Assembly: GCA_030765145.1 (NCBI GenBank)
Contig: JAVCDA010000060.1
Location: 1 to 61,693, forward strand
DNA: 61,693 nucleotides
Reading direction: 5' to 3'
From: Candidatus Saelkia tenebricola
GTDB lineage: Bacteria; Omnitrophota; Gorgyraeia; Kaelpiales; Kaelpiaceae
The position numbers were made by a program, and so were the translations under genes. The notes beneath the pieces are model-generated. The model had not been told where the DNA came from. It made no database searches and saw only the letters and a program-made list of their open reading frames with translations. This document shows positions 38,539-48,537 of this stretch, piece by piece. Each line of letters begins with the position of its first letter. The first letter of the stretch is position 1.

Positions 38539-39915
38539 ATGTATCTTATTGATACTCATTGTCATCTCTGGCATCCGGAATTTCATTCCGACTTAAAAAA
38601 TGTTCTTAAAAGTTCACGGAATTCAGGTGTTGATTATTTTATAAATATTGGAGTTGATGTTAAAACATCTAAAGAAGCGGTTAAGATGGCTAAGAAAAAT
38701 AAAGGTATTTTTGCCGGAGTTGGGTATCATCCTCATTATGCAAAGGATTTTAGAGAATCTGATGGTAGTCAGTTAAAGAAGCTATTGAGTGCCAGAAGAG
38801 TAGTTGCTTTTGGTGAAGTGGGGTTAGATTTTTATCGTCAAATATCCAACAAGAAGACTCAAATCATGGTTTTGGATGAGTTGTTATCTATTTGGTGTAA
38901 TACTAAATTGCCGATTGTAGTTCATAATAGAGATGCTCATAATGAAATTCTTTCTGTTTTAAATAATATTAGGAAATTTAATCCTAAAATAGTAATGCAC
39001 TGTTTTTCAGGAGACAAAAATTTTTTAAGAGAGTGCCTTAACAGAGGTTACTATATTTCTTATGCAACAAATCTCACTTTCAATAAAGAACTTAAAGAAC
39101 TTATTAAATATACGCCTCTTGAGAAATTGCTGTTAGAGACAGATTCGCCTTATCTTTCACCTCAAACAAAAAGAGGAATTCGTAATGAGCCCTTAAATAT
39201 TAAAGAGTCTATAGCTGTTGCGGTAGCTATAAAAGGCGTAGGGGAGGAAGATATTGTTCGTTCTCTGGCTTTGAATGCAAAGGTAGTGTTTAATGTAGGG
39301 CATGTTTCTATTAATCCGAGGATAGTTTATAAATATAAGGGAGGGCTTTATATTAATTTAACAAATGAATGCAGCAATGAATGTGTGTTTTGTACAATCG
39401 GTAAAGGAGATTATTTTGCCGGGTATAATTTAAGATTAAATGCTTCTGCGAGCATAAGAGAGGTATTGAAGGCAGTGAGCAAAGAAAAAGGGTATCAAGA
39501 AGTGAGTTTTTGCGGTTTTGGGGAACCGTTTTGCAGATTTAAAGAAATGACTAAAATTGCGCGTATTTTGAAAATGAGGGGGTATGAAATTAGAGTAGTT
39601 ACTAATGGGTGTGGAAATTTAATTCAAGGTAAGAATGTTTTACCCCTGCTTAAAGGGATAGTGGATAAAATATCTGTCAGTTTGAATGTAGTAGAAAAAG
39701 ATAAGTACAATGTAATATGTAAGCCTAAGTTAGAAGGAGATGTTTTTTCTGAGATTTTGAACTTTATACGGGAGGCGAAGAAATATATACCTCAGGTAGA
39801 AATCACATTTTTAAATTTTTCTGATTTAGATCTTCAAAAATGCAAAGAAATTGCTCAAAGTCTGGAAGTTGATTATAAAATAAGAGAATACAACATAACA
39901 AAAAATACAGATTAA
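38539..39915 (+). CDS. TatD-family metal-dependent hydrolase fused to a C-terminal radical SAM domain
   Basis: The TatD half has LIDTHCHL, GEVGLDF, VVHNRDAH, HCFSG, ETDSPYL. The C-terminal half has NLTNECSNECVFC (CX3CX2C) and FCGFGEP. I chose the ATG at 38539, right after the metG stop, over the track start at 38479. Confidence 0.85.
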   Translation: MYLIDTHCHLWHPEFHSDLKNVLKSSRNSGVDYFINIGVDVKTSKEAVKMAKKNKGIFAGVGYHPHYAKDFRESDGSQLKKLLSARRVVAFGEVGLDFYRQISNKKTQIMVLDELLSIWCNTKLPIVVHNRDAHNEILSVLNNIRKFNPKIVMHCFSGDKNFLRECLNRGYYISYATNLTFNKELKELIKYTPLEKLLLETDSPYLSPQTKRGIRNEPLNIKESIAVAVAIKGVGEEDIVRSLALNAKVVFNVGHVSINPRIVYKYKGGLYINLTNECSNECVFCTIGKGDYFAGYNLRLNASASIREVLKAVSKEKGYQEVSFCGFGEPFCRFKEMTKIARILKMRGYEIRVVTNGCGNLIQGKNVLPLLKGIVDKISVSLNVVEKDKYNVICKPKLEGDVFSEILNFIREAKKYIPQVEITFLNFSDLDLQKCKEIAQSLEVDYKIREYNITKNTD

Positions 39916-40974
39916 ATGAATTTCGCCAATAATACAAAAAAATTCGTAGAAGAATTTGGTTTTTATATATTTATATTGTTTTCCACATTTCTTATTTCAA
40001 TATTTGAGTCTATTTTTCCAAAACATGAGTCTTTAGAGGGTTTGTATGCCCGGGCATTGGTTTTGGAGAAAACAATAGAAGAGAAACTAAGTACTTTATC
40101 TAAAGGTGGAGATATATATTCCGGTAATATATATATTGCATTGGCCAGTTTTATTTTGTTTTTTATAATAACTGGTTCTTTAATCCTTTTTTTATTCCGC
40201 TTTTTTAAAATTTTGAAGTCCAAAAAACCGCTTATTAAAAGCAGTAATTTTTCTCCTTATCCTTTATGGGGCTTAAAGGATTTCTTTAAAATAGTTATCT
40301 GGATTTTATTCTGGGCCCAGGTTTTAGGGCTTTCTGATGAATTCTTCAGGCGGTTTTACAGAATGTATACAGAAAGAGAATATATTGTTATAGCTTTGTT
40401 GAGTTCATTATTTTTAGATATTATTATCATAGCAATGCTTGTTTACTGGTTAAAGAAGCATTGCAGACAAAATTTACAAGCGGTTGGAATTCATAAAGAA
40501 AATCTTTTTAAAAAATTTAATTTTGCAGCATTCAATTATTTTTCATTTTTGCCGATAATTTTTATTGCAGTTTTTATAAGTGCTGTTTATTTGCAGAAAT
40601 ACCAAGCTGTATCTTCACCTCAAACGATAATTTATTTTTTGCTTTTTGAGAAGAATCCCTGGATAGTTATGCTCACTGTTCTTTTTATAGTTGTCATAGG
40701 TCCTTTTATGGAAGAGCTGCTTTTTAGAGGATTATTATACAATAGTCTTAAAAAATCAATTGGTTACATGCAGGCAATGATTGCAGCATCTCTTTTGTTT
40801 TCTCTTTTACACATGAATGTTATTGGTTTTTTACCGATTTTAATTTTAGCTCTGCTATTTACATATTTATATGAAAAGACAGGTTCGCTTATGGTTTCTG
40901 TTTTTGTCCATATGCTGCATAATGGGTTTTTGATATTTATAATTTTTATATTGCGTGTCTATTTAAGAATATGA
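39916..40974 (+). CDS. CPBP family intramembrane glutamic endopeptidase (CAAX protease-like)
   Basis: Polytopic, with the motifs GPFMEELLFRG, ..FSLLH.. and VHMLHN. Confidence 0.8.
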   Translation: MNFANNTKKFVEEFGFYIFILFSTFLISIFESIFPKHESLEGLYARALVLEKTIEEKLSTLSKGGDIYSGNIYIALASFILFFIITGSLILFLFRFFKILKSKKPLIKSSNFSPYPLWGLKDFFKIVIWILFWAQVLGLSDEFFRRFYRMYTEREYIVIALLSSLFLDIIIIAMLVYWLKKHCRQNLQAVGIHKENLFKKFNFAAFNYFSFLPIIFIAVFISAVYLQKYQAVSSPQTIIYFLLFEKNPWIVMLTVLFIVVIGPFMEELLFRGLLYNSLKKSIGYMQAMIAASLLFSLLHMNVIGFLPILILALLFTYLYEKTGSLMVSVFVHMLHNGFLIFIIFILRVYLRI

Positions 40975-42080
40975 GCCAGGTTGTAGTTTTAAAAGCCGAA
41001 AAATATGATCTTCAGTTAATAAAAGATAATATTGGCTATATTTTTAAAAGTTTAGGTGGTTTGGATAAGATAATTCCCCAAAACATAAAAGTTCTTTTAA
41101 AACCTAACTTGCTTTCAGCTCGCGTGCCTGATGAATGTGTGGATACTCATCCTATATTTGTCAAAGCAGTTATTGAGGTTTTAAAAACCAGAACATCTTG
41201 GATCCAAATCGGAGATTCTCCGGGCGGATATGTTGATTATCAGGAAGTTTTAGATAAATCAGGTATTGGGCAAGTTGCGCGTGAAACAGGGATAGAAGTA
41301 GTCAAATTTGAGAAGTCAAGAATAGTTGATGGTTTACCGATAGCAGAGGAGGTATTTGATGCGGATATCGTTATTTCTTTACCCAAATTTAAGACGCATT
41401 GTTTAACAGTTATTACTGCAGGTGTAAAAAATTGTTTTGGCTGTGTTCCGGGACTGTTTAAAACAGAGTGCCATAAAAGTAATCCTAAAGGCATTGAAAT
41501 GGCCCAAGTTGTTTTGAATGTATATGATATTGTAAGGCCTGCCCTCACAATTCTTGATGCTATATATTCACTGGAAGGTGAAGGTCCTGCTGCGGGGCAT
41601 CCTAGGCGTACAGGATTGATTTTAGCAGGATTTGATGCTGTAAGTGTAGATGCTGTAATTACCCATCTGATTGGTTTAAAGCCTGAGCAGGTTCCTACTA
41701 CTAAGCTCGCACATTTAAAAAATATCGGTGAGAGTAATTTATTCAATATTGAGATTTTAGGAGAGAGCAACTTAGATGTTGTTAAAATAAATGATTTCAA
41801 GCTTTCAAAAACTGCTCTTTTAGAAAAATTGCCTAGTTGGTTAACAAAATTTTTAGGGGCATTTATTAAATTTTATCCGGAAGTTATTCCTCAAGGTTGT
41901 ATTAAGTGCGGGATATGTGTTAAAAGCTGTCCTGTTAATGCGATAGATTTGATTGAAAATACAGCTCGTATTAATCATAAAAAATGTATTCTTTGTCTCT
42001 GTTGTCATGAGATGTGTCCTGAGAATACAATCAAGATGAAAAGAAATTTTTTAGCCAGAATAATACAAAGTATAAAATGA
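40971..42080 (+). CDS. DUF362 domain protein with C-terminal 2x[4Fe-4S] ferredoxin domain
   Basis: VLLKPNLLSA.. is a DUF362-type core. The C-terminus has CIKCGICVKSCP and CILCLCCHEMCP. Confidence 0.7.
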   Translation: MSQVVVLKAEKYDLQLIKDNIGYIFKSLGGLDKIIPQNIKVLLKPNLLSARVPDECVDTHPIFVKAVIEVLKTRTSWIQIGDSPGGYVDYQEVLDKSGIGQVARETGIEVVKFEKSRIVDGLPIAEEVFDADIVISLPKFKTHCLTVITAGVKNCFGCVPGLFKTECHKSNPKGIEMAQVVLNVYDIVRPALTILDAIYSLEGEGPAAGHPRRTGLILAGFDAVSVDAVITHLIGLKPEQVPTTKLAHLKNIGESNLFNIEILGESNLDVVKINDFKLSKTALLEKLPSWLTKFLGAFIKFYPEVIPQGCIKCGICVKSCPVNAIDLIENTARINHKKCILCLCCHEMCPENTIKMKRNFLARIIQSIK

Positions 42081-43120
42081 TTATTAAGCATATCAAGTGG
42101 AACGGGTGCGTTTTATCTGTTTTGGACCAGAAGATGCTGCCTTTAGAGATGAGATGGATTAAATGCCGCGATTTAAATAAAATATTTCTTATAATAAGAG
42201 ATATGAATATTAGGGGAGCCCCCTTGATAGGGATAGTTGCTGCTTTTGGGGTGGTCTTGCATATAAAAAAAGGAAGAATTAAGGATATATTTACGTTTGA
42301 TAAAAGAATTAATGAGGCGGTAGAGGTTCTTTCTAAATCCCGTCCTACAGCTATTAATTTATATTGGGCACTGGATAGAATGAAAAAAGTTTTTGATAAT
42401 AATAGGGATAAAACATTAAATGAGATAGTTTGTATTTTGGAAGAAGAGGCTTTAAGCATATGGCAGGAAGATATCGATATGTCGCATAAAATGGCTGGGT
42501 TTGGAGCCGATTTTATAAATGATGGTGATGGGGTATTGACACATTGTAACGCAGGAGGTTTAGCTACCGGAGGTTACGGAACAGCATTGGGGGTATTTTT
42601 TAAGGCCAAGGAAAATGGGGTTAACTTTCTTGTCTACGTAGATGAGACAAGGCCGGTGTTGCAGGGTGCCAGGCTTACTGCCTGGGAATTAAAGCAGGCT
42701 GGCATCAAGTATCGTTTGATTACGGATAATATGAGTGGGTTTTTAATGAAGCAGGGTAGGATTAATAAAGTTTTTGTGGGTGCGGATAGGATTGTTAAAA
42801 ACGGAGGTTTTGCAAATAAGATAGGTACTTACTCAGTTGCTCAACTTGCTAAAATTCACAACATCCCGTTTTATGTTGTTGCTCCCTCAACCAGCTTTGA
42901 TTTGACTCTTTCTTCAGAAGGAGAAATACCTATAGAAGAAAGGGATTCCAAAGAAATAATATTCTTTAATAACATTTCTATTGCTCCAGTAGATAGTAAT
43001 GTGGAGAATCCAGCTTTTGATATTACTCCTCCTTCGCTTATTACGGTGATTATTACAGAAAAAGGGGTGATTAATTCTCCGTTTCAAGAAAATATTGCTA
43101 AAATTTTTAAACTAAAATGA
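42077..43120 (+). CDS. mtnA: S-methyl-5-thioribose-1-phosphate isomerase (eIF-2B family)
   Basis: IRGAPLIGIVAAFG, SRPTAINL, THCNAGGLAT, ETRP.LQGARLTAWEL, VGADRI..NG..ANKIGTY. Confidence 0.85.
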   Translation: MIIKHIKWNGCVLSVLDQKMLPLEMRWIKCRDLNKIFLIIRDMNIRGAPLIGIVAAFGVVLHIKKGRIKDIFTFDKRINEAVEVLSKSRPTAINLYWALDRMKKVFDNNRDKTLNEIVCILEEEALSIWQEDIDMSHKMAGFGADFINDGDGVLTHCNAGGLATGGYGTALGVFFKAKENGVNFLVYVDETRPVLQGARLTAWELKQAGIKYRLITDNMSGFLMKQGRINKVFVGADRIVKNGGFANKIGTYSVAQLAKIHNIPFYVVAPSTSFDLTLSSEGEIPIEERDSKEIIFFNNISIAPVDSNVENPAFDITPPSLITVIITEKGVINSPFQENIAKIFKLK

Positions 43121-44004
43121 AAGAAGATAAAATAATAGATTTTTTAAAAAAGAAATTTTATTACAAAAGTATTCCTTTAGGGATAGGTGACGATGCTGCA
43201 GTTTTAAGTTATTCAGAAAATAAATATTTACTTTTTACAACGGATACAATAGTAGATGGAGTGCATTTTAAAGTTAAAGATATTAATCTCGGATATATAG
43301 GTAGAAAGGCTATCAATGTAAATATTTCTGATATTGCAGCTATGGGGGGAGAGCCTTTGTATGCAGTTATAAATTTTGGCTTACCGAAATACGATAAAAA
43401 ACTGATTTCTAAAATTTTTAACGGTATTTATTATAGTGCCAAGAAATATAATGTCAAAATAGTCGGAGGGGATACGGTGAGAAGCAAGTGTCTTTTTTTA
43501 GCTGTTTCAATGATTGGAATAGTGAATAAAAAATACTTTACTAGCCGTTCTAATGCTAAAGAAGGTGATATTATATGTATTACAGGTAATATTGGGGGAG
43601 CAGTACTTTCGGGAAAACATTTGAGTTTTACTCCCAGGCTTAAAGAGGCGCAATGGATTGTTAAAAATTTAATGCCAACGTCTATGATTGATGTAAGTGA
43701 TGGATTATTTGTTGATTTGGGCAGACTTTGTGTTTTAAGTAAAAAAGGGGCAGTATTGTTTAAAGAAAATATTCCGATTTCTGATAAAGCGACTGATTTT
43801 AAATCTGCTCTTCAAGACGGGGAGGATTTTGAACTGCTTTTTACTTTGAAAAGCGGTACTAAATTGCCCAAAAAAGTACTCGATACGAATACAAAAATCT
43901 CAACTATAGGCAGGATAATACCGGATAAAGGAATTTATCTGGAAGATAAAGGAAAAGTAAGTAATGTCAAAATAAAAGGTTACGATCATTTTAAACAGGA
44001 TTGA
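43117..44004 (+). CDS. thiL: Thiamine-monophosphate kinase
   Basis: GIGDDAAVL, TTDTIVDGVHF, NISDIAAMGGEP, GGDT. Confidence 0.85.
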   Translation: MKEDKIIDFLKKKFYYKSIPLGIGDDAAVLSYSENKYLLFTTDTIVDGVHFKVKDINLGYIGRKAINVNISDIAAMGGEPLYAVINFGLPKYDKKLISKIFNGIYYSAKKYNVKIVGGDTVRSKCLFLAVSMIGIVNKKYFTSRSNAKEGDIICITGNIGGAVLSGKHLSFTPRLKEAQWIVKNLMPTSMIDVSDGLFVDLGRLCVLSKKGAVLFKENIPISDKATDFKSALQDGEDFELLFTLKSGTKLPKKVLDTNTKISTIGRIIPDKGIYLEDKGKVSNVKIKGYDHFKQD

Positions 44005-44007
44005 GTT

Positions 44008-44433
44008 TTGATAAGAGAAATTATATCGCATTCAGAAGAGGAAACTTTTGAGATAGGTAATAATTTATCCAAAATATTATCACCTGGTGATGTGGTTGGA
44101 TTTAAGGGGGGTTTAGGTGCCGGAAAAACTATTTTAATCAAAGGTATTCTTGAAGGTTTGGGATATGATTCCAGAAATGTTGTAAGCGCTTCTTTTGTTA
44201 TTGCCCAAGAGTACAAGGTGAAATATCCGGTTGTGCATATAGACCTTTATAGATTTGAAAATAATGAAGAGATACATTATATAGACTGGGATTCTTATGT
44301 TTCTTTAGACAAATTGGTTCTTATAGAATGGTCTGAAAAAGTTAAAGATTTTTTAAATTTTTCTTTAAAGATTGATATTAACTTTATTTCTCAAAATGAA
44401 AGAGAAATAAAATTTGATACAAAAATTATTTAA
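44008..44433 (+). CDS. tsaE: tRNA t6A37 biosynthesis ATPase TsaE
   Basis: SEEETFEIGNNLSKIL.PGDVVGFKGGLGAGKTILIKGI and HIDLYR. Confidence 0.85.
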   Translation: MIREIISHSEEETFEIGNNLSKILSPGDVVGFKGGLGAGKTILIKGILEGLGYDSRNVVSASFVIAQEYKVKYPVVHIDLYRFENNEEIHYIDWDSYVSLDKLVLIEWSEKVKDFLNFSLKIDINFISQNEREIKFDTKII

Positions 44434-44569
44434 TTATGAATGTTGATAAAAGATTAGAGAGTTATATGATGAAAGCAAAGAAAATATGAATTATTTGTTA
44501 TTTTGGTTTAAGCAAAGTAAAACCAAAGACAATGCTTGGTTATAATACAATTTTTATATAATAGCGATA

Positions 44570-46183
44570 GTGAAAATTTCTAAATACCATTTTGTTTTAT
44601 TTTTATTAGTTTTATTATATGGAGTTGTCAATTGGACCGTTCTTAAACAGGATAATGTTCCTTTCTGCTATGATGAGGGTGGAATATATGAAATGAGTAG
44701 GATATATTATCACCATTTAATAGAAAACTTTACATGGGATTTCAAGGATTTTTTTCATCGTTATTGGTCGACTTCTAATTTTTATCCGCCTGTGTATATG
44801 TTATCTCATTTACCGTTGTTTTTATTATTTGGGAAAAGTCAGGATATATCAACTATGACCAATATAATTTTCTTAGCCATTTTGCTTTTCTCAATATATG
44901 GTATTGGAAAGAAGATTAAAGATGAACAAACTGGTTTTTTTGCTGCTGTTTTTGTTTCTACATTTCCAGCTATATTTGGATTTTCCCGGACAGATTTCCC
45001 TATACTTGCTTTAACTTCATTAGTTGTTCTAAGTCTTTATTTTCTTTTAAAAACAGAGTGTTTTACCGACAAAAAATATATAATTTTGTTTGGTATAAGT
45101 ATGGGATTAGGTGAACTTATCAAGCTTACATATTTTATGTATATACTTGTTCCATTAATAGTATATCTGGTTATATATAAAAGTAATTTAACAAAAGAGA
45201 AGATTGTTAAATTATTTTTTTCATTAAGCATATGTTTGCTTATTGTGTCTAGTTGGTTTGTGCCGAATCTAATTTCAAATACTTTTATAGCAGAAAAACA
45301 CAGACTTATAGGGCCTAAGATTGGTGCGATTGCGGAAGAATTTACTTTAAGTTATTTAAATTTAATTTATAAAATGGTGCATCCAGTTTATTTTTTTTTA
45401 TTAAGCATATGCATTCTATTAATCATATTTTTAAAAGTTAGATATAAATATTTCTTATTTTTAGGTTTTGTTTTTCCGCTGTTGGTTTTTTCGTTTTTCT
45501 ATTCTATAGAATCTCGATATGTATTTCCGATATTACCATTTGGAGGGCTTATTATTGCATCTGTTATAGGGAGTCTAAGATTATTGAGGATGAGAAGGAT
45601 TATTTATTATACTATTTTGGTTTTTGGTTTAATTGAATTTTTAATTTTGACATTTAAAACAGATATCCATGACAAATTTACGCAGGAACAATATATTCAA
45701 AGAAGAGAAGTAGGAGTACTTTTTAGCTCCCAAGTTAATTGGCCAATAGAAGAAGTTTTAGATCTTTTGAATGATTATAAATTGGTTTACAAGGAGAGAA
45801 ACAAGCTTGCAGAAATAATTGTTTTAGGTGAAGGACCTTTTCTTTCTGCTCTTTCTTACAAAGCACGTTTACCTGCTAAAATTGGTAAAATTGAAAAAGC
45901 ACCGTATAGTTTTATTTTATCTTTGATGTATCCTTTTAGGATGGTTAGGACAGACATAAAAAATTCTGAATATATAATGGTAGAAAAGGAAGCAATTGAA
46001 CATATTCCAAGAGGTTGCTTAGGAACTTTCAAGCGTTTACAGGAGCAGTTTAATAAGAAGAAAAGTATTTATGATATATTAGGAACAGTTTATTTTAATA
46101 ATAAAAATTTCGTAATATATATCAATAAAAATTTATATAAAATTATCCAAGAGAATAAAAGAGTTAAAAATATTGTAAAGTAG
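44570..46183 (+). CDS. Polytopic membrane glycosyltransferase-like protein (GT39/ArnT/PMT_2-like)
   Basis: About 11 TM segments with an acidic first loop (YDEGGIYE) and a large C-terminal soluble domain. GTG start. The call rests on topology and pattern only. Confidence 0.4.
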   Translation: MKISKYHFVLFLLVLLYGVVNWTVLKQDNVPFCYDEGGIYEMSRIYYHHLIENFTWDFKDFFHRYWSTSNFYPPVYMLSHLPLFLLFGKSQDISTMTNIIFLAILLFSIYGIGKKIKDEQTGFFAAVFVSTFPAIFGFSRTDFPILALTSLVVLSLYFLLKTECFTDKKYIILFGISMGLGELIKLTYFMYILVPLIVYLVIYKSNLTKEKIVKLFFSLSICLLIVSSWFVPNLISNTFIAEKHRLIGPKIGAIAEEFTLSYLNLIYKMVHPVYFFLLSICILLIIFLKVRYKYFLFLGFVFPLLVFSFFYSIESRYVFPILPFGGLIIASVIGSLRLLRMRRIIYYTILVFGLIEFLILTFKTDIHDKFTQEQYIQRREVGVLFSSQVNWPIEEVLDLLNDYKLVYKERNKLAEIIVLGEGPFLSALSYKARLPAKIGKIEKAPYSFILSLMYPFRMVRTDIKNSEYIMVEKEAIEHIPRGCLGTFKRLQEQFNKKKSIYDILGTVYFNNKNFVIYINKNLYKIIQENKRVKNIVK

Positions 46184-46311
46184 ATTTAAATATTTTTAAA
46201 TGAGATAATAATGGAACTTTTATTATTATAGTTATTTAAGATTAACATTTATCAGATTAAAGCAGGAAATAATCAAAGATATGGGGTTCATTATTTGAAG
46301 ATAGAGTTGTT

Positions 46312-46968
46312 ATGACGATTTTAATTAAGATTGGTGGAAGCCTATTTAAGAAAAGCCCTACTGTTTTATCAAAATTATGCAAAATTATCTATAAATTATC
46401 CAAAGAGTATAAAATCATTGTAATACCAGGGGGGGGAGGATTAGCTGACCATATTAGAATATTGCAACGAAAATTTGAATTTTCTGATAATAAATCTCAC
46501 TGGATGGCAATTATGGCTATGGATATTAATGGAATGCTAATTAGCGAAGAGAATAAGAATTTTGAATTAGTTAGAACAATCCCAGAGTGTAAAAGGAGCT
46601 TAAACAAAAAAAATATTCCAATATTTTTACCATATAATTTTCTTAAAAAAATAAATTCTCTTCCTGAAAATTGGGAGGTAACTTCGGATTCAATTGCATT
46701 AGTTATATCCCATTTTCTGGATACTGATTATATAATTCTTTTAAAAGATGTGAATGGGATTTATGGAAGCCTTACTAAAAAAAAGATCATTAAGGAGGTT
46801 TCTCTTTCAAAAATTAAGCATTTAAAGTCTACTTGCATAGATAGTTATCTACCAAGTTTAGTTAAAAAATATAAAAGGGAAGTTTATATTGTTTCTGGTC
46901 TATATCCTGAAAGAATTAAAAAAATATTAAAAGGTGAAAAGACCTTGTATACTAAAGTTATTTCGTGA
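46312..46968 (+). CDS. Amino-acid-kinase-fold small kinase (MfnE-like / archaeal COG2054-type)
   Basis: ILIKIGGSLF.., IIVIPGGGGLADHIR, HWMAIMAMDINGML, VTSDSIALVIS, LLKDVNGIY. It is first in a four-gene overlapping block ending with mfnB. Confidence 0.55.
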   Translation: MTILIKIGGSLFKKSPTVLSKLCKIIYKLSKEYKIIVIPGGGGLADHIRILQRKFEFSDNKSHWMAIMAMDINGMLISEENKNFELVRTIPECKRSLNKKNIPIFLPYNFLKKINSLPENWEVTSDSIALVISHFLDTDYIILLKDVNGIYGSLTKKKIIKEVSLSKIKHLKSTCIDSYLPSLVKKYKREVYIVSGLYPERIKKILKGEKTLYTKVIS

Positions 46969-47804
46969 AGTTCAATTTATTTAAATTTTATAGACTTGAT
47001 TTTTGTTTGCGTAATTTAGGATTGGGAATTATTGGAATAGTTAGTGCAGATAATTTTTTAAATTTTAAACTTTCTTTTTTAGCATTATTAAATATATTGC
47101 TTATTCAAATGCATTCCTTTTCTATGAATAATTATTTTGATTTTAAAGTATGGGGTGAGGAAAATTATATTGGAAAGTTAATAAATAAGGGGGTTAATTC
47201 ATGTTTTTGTTTATTTCTAACAATTTTTCCGCTCGTTATTTTAATGATTATAATTACAAAATATAATTTTGCTGTATTTTTACTTTTTTTATATATTATT
47301 CTTTTTTATTTATATCAAGCCCCCTCTTTAAGATTAAAGAATCATTATTTATATTCTATTATCATTAATTCCATATGTTTAGGTTCTGTTCTGTATCTGT
47401 ACCCTCATGTTTTTTTAACTCGTAAATGTGGCTTTATTGCGACATATTTTACACTGATATTTTTCTTTTATTTGGGATTCCATGAATTAGTTCATCAAAT
47501 TGCCCATTTTGGGAAAGATAAGATATATTCTTTACCTCATAAGATAGGAATGGATAGAACTGTAATAGTTGTAAAAATCTTTTTGATTATTCCTATTCTA
47601 ATTGGAATTGGAAGTTTGATTTTAAATCCTCTTAAGTATTTAATTTTTGTCTTCACAATTTTATTTTCAATGTTTAGATTGTTCAGGCTTTCAAAAATGG
47701 TACCTACTCAGAAAAACTTTCTTATACTCAGGAATACCTGGCACAAATTTTATAGCTTTCACGAAGGGGTTTTGTATATAATGGCGTTACTCTTATGGAG
47801 ATAA
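46965..47804 (+). CDS. UbiA-superfamily-like polytopic membrane protein with degenerate Asp-rich motifs
   Basis: About 8-9 TM segments. LYQAPSLRLKN matches the conserved Y-x-x-P-L-R-L-K segment of UbiA prenyltransferases. Motif 1 reads NNYFDFKVWGEEN and motif 2 reads HELVHQIAHFGKDKIYSLPHKIG. Confidence 0.45.
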   Translation: MKFNLFKFYRLDFCLRNLGLGIIGIVSADNFLNFKLSFLALLNILLIQMHSFSMNNYFDFKVWGEENYIGKLINKGVNSCFCLFLTIFPLVILMIIITKYNFAVFLLFLYIILFYLYQAPSLRLKNHYLYSIIINSICLGSVLYLYPHVFLTRKCGFIATYFTLIFFFYLGFHELVHQIAHFGKDKIYSLPHKIGMDRTVIVVKIFLIIPILIGIGSLILNPLKYLIFVFTILFSMFRLFRLSKMVPTQKNFLILRNTWHKFYSFHEGVLYIMALLLWR

Positions 47805-48529
47805 TTCCTGTTGTAGATATTAAAGGAGGAGATGTTGTTCAGGCTATAAGAGGTCAAAGAGACAAGTATCTGCCTGTGCAGAATTCAAAATTAGTGAAAT
47901 CCAGCGATCCTTTAAAAGTTGCGGAAGCGTTTATTCAGAAATTTAATTTCAAAAAATTTTATATAGCTGATCTTGATTCTATCGAAAATAAAGGGAATAA
48001 TTTTAGCGTAATAGAAAAGTTGAAAAGGGAATTGGGAATAAAAATGATGGTTGATATTGGTATAAAAGATAAAGATGATTTAGATAAAAATGTGATAAAG
48101 CATATAGATTGGTTGATATTAGGTACAGAGACATTAAGTTCCTTGGATACAGTTGATTATGTTATGAAACTGAAAAATAGCAGTAGAATAACAGCGAGTA
48201 TAGACTTAAAAGGTAGGGAATTGCAAGCTAAGTATAGAAATTTTGCAAATCCTAGGCAAGCAATTAATAAATTAAACGGATTAGGAGTTGAAAATTTTAT
48301 TATTTTAGATCTTTCATGGATTGGTACTTTGAAAGGTCCTTCTATAGCATTAAAGGAATTAATAGAAAATTTTAAAGACAAAAATTTAGTGATATTTACT
48401 GGTGGAGGTATCTCATCTGTAGATGAAGTCAAAAAGTTAAAAGAAATAGGAGTAAGCGGGGCATTAATAGGTACTGCATTCCATAGGGGGTTGATAAAAA
48501 AGGATGATATTTTTATAATAAACAGGTAA
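47795..48529 (+). CDS. HisA/HisF-like TIM barrel (MfnF-like / COG1411-type)
   Basis: IIPVVDIKGGDVVQAIRG, FYIADLDSIENKG, ILDLSWIGTLKG, FTGGGISSVDEV..L...GVSGALIGTAFH follows the HisA-type phosphate-binding pattern. Confidence 0.55.
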   Translation: MEIIPVVDIKGGDVVQAIRGQRDKYLPVQNSKLVKSSDPLKVAEAFIQKFNFKKFYIADLDSIENKGNNFSVIEKLKRELGIKMMVDIGIKDKDDLDKNVIKHIDWLILGTETLSSLDTVDYVMKLKNSSRITASIDLKGRELQAKYRNFANPRQAINKLNGLGVENFIILDLSWIGTLKGPSIALKELIENFKDKNLVIFTGGGISSVDEVKKLKEIGVSGALIGTAFHRGLIKKDDIFIINR

Positions 48530-48537
48530 AAAAGCAA

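Noticed and set aside
44502-44527. Hairpin TTTGGTTT-N10-AAACCAAA downstream of tsaE as a possible intrinsic terminator.
   Set aside because: The 8-bp stem is almost all A/T and has no T-tract after it. I cannot distinguish it from chance.
46965-48529. Archaeal-type ether lipid pair (DGGGPS-like UbiA plus GGGPS/PcrB TIM barrel).
   Set aside because: The TIM barrel begins IIPVVDIKGG..V.A.RG and has ADLD and GGGISS motifs. These are typical of HisA/HisF-like proteins and do not fit the PcrB/GGGPS pattern as I recall it. The UbiA-like protein also lacks intact Asp-rich motifs.
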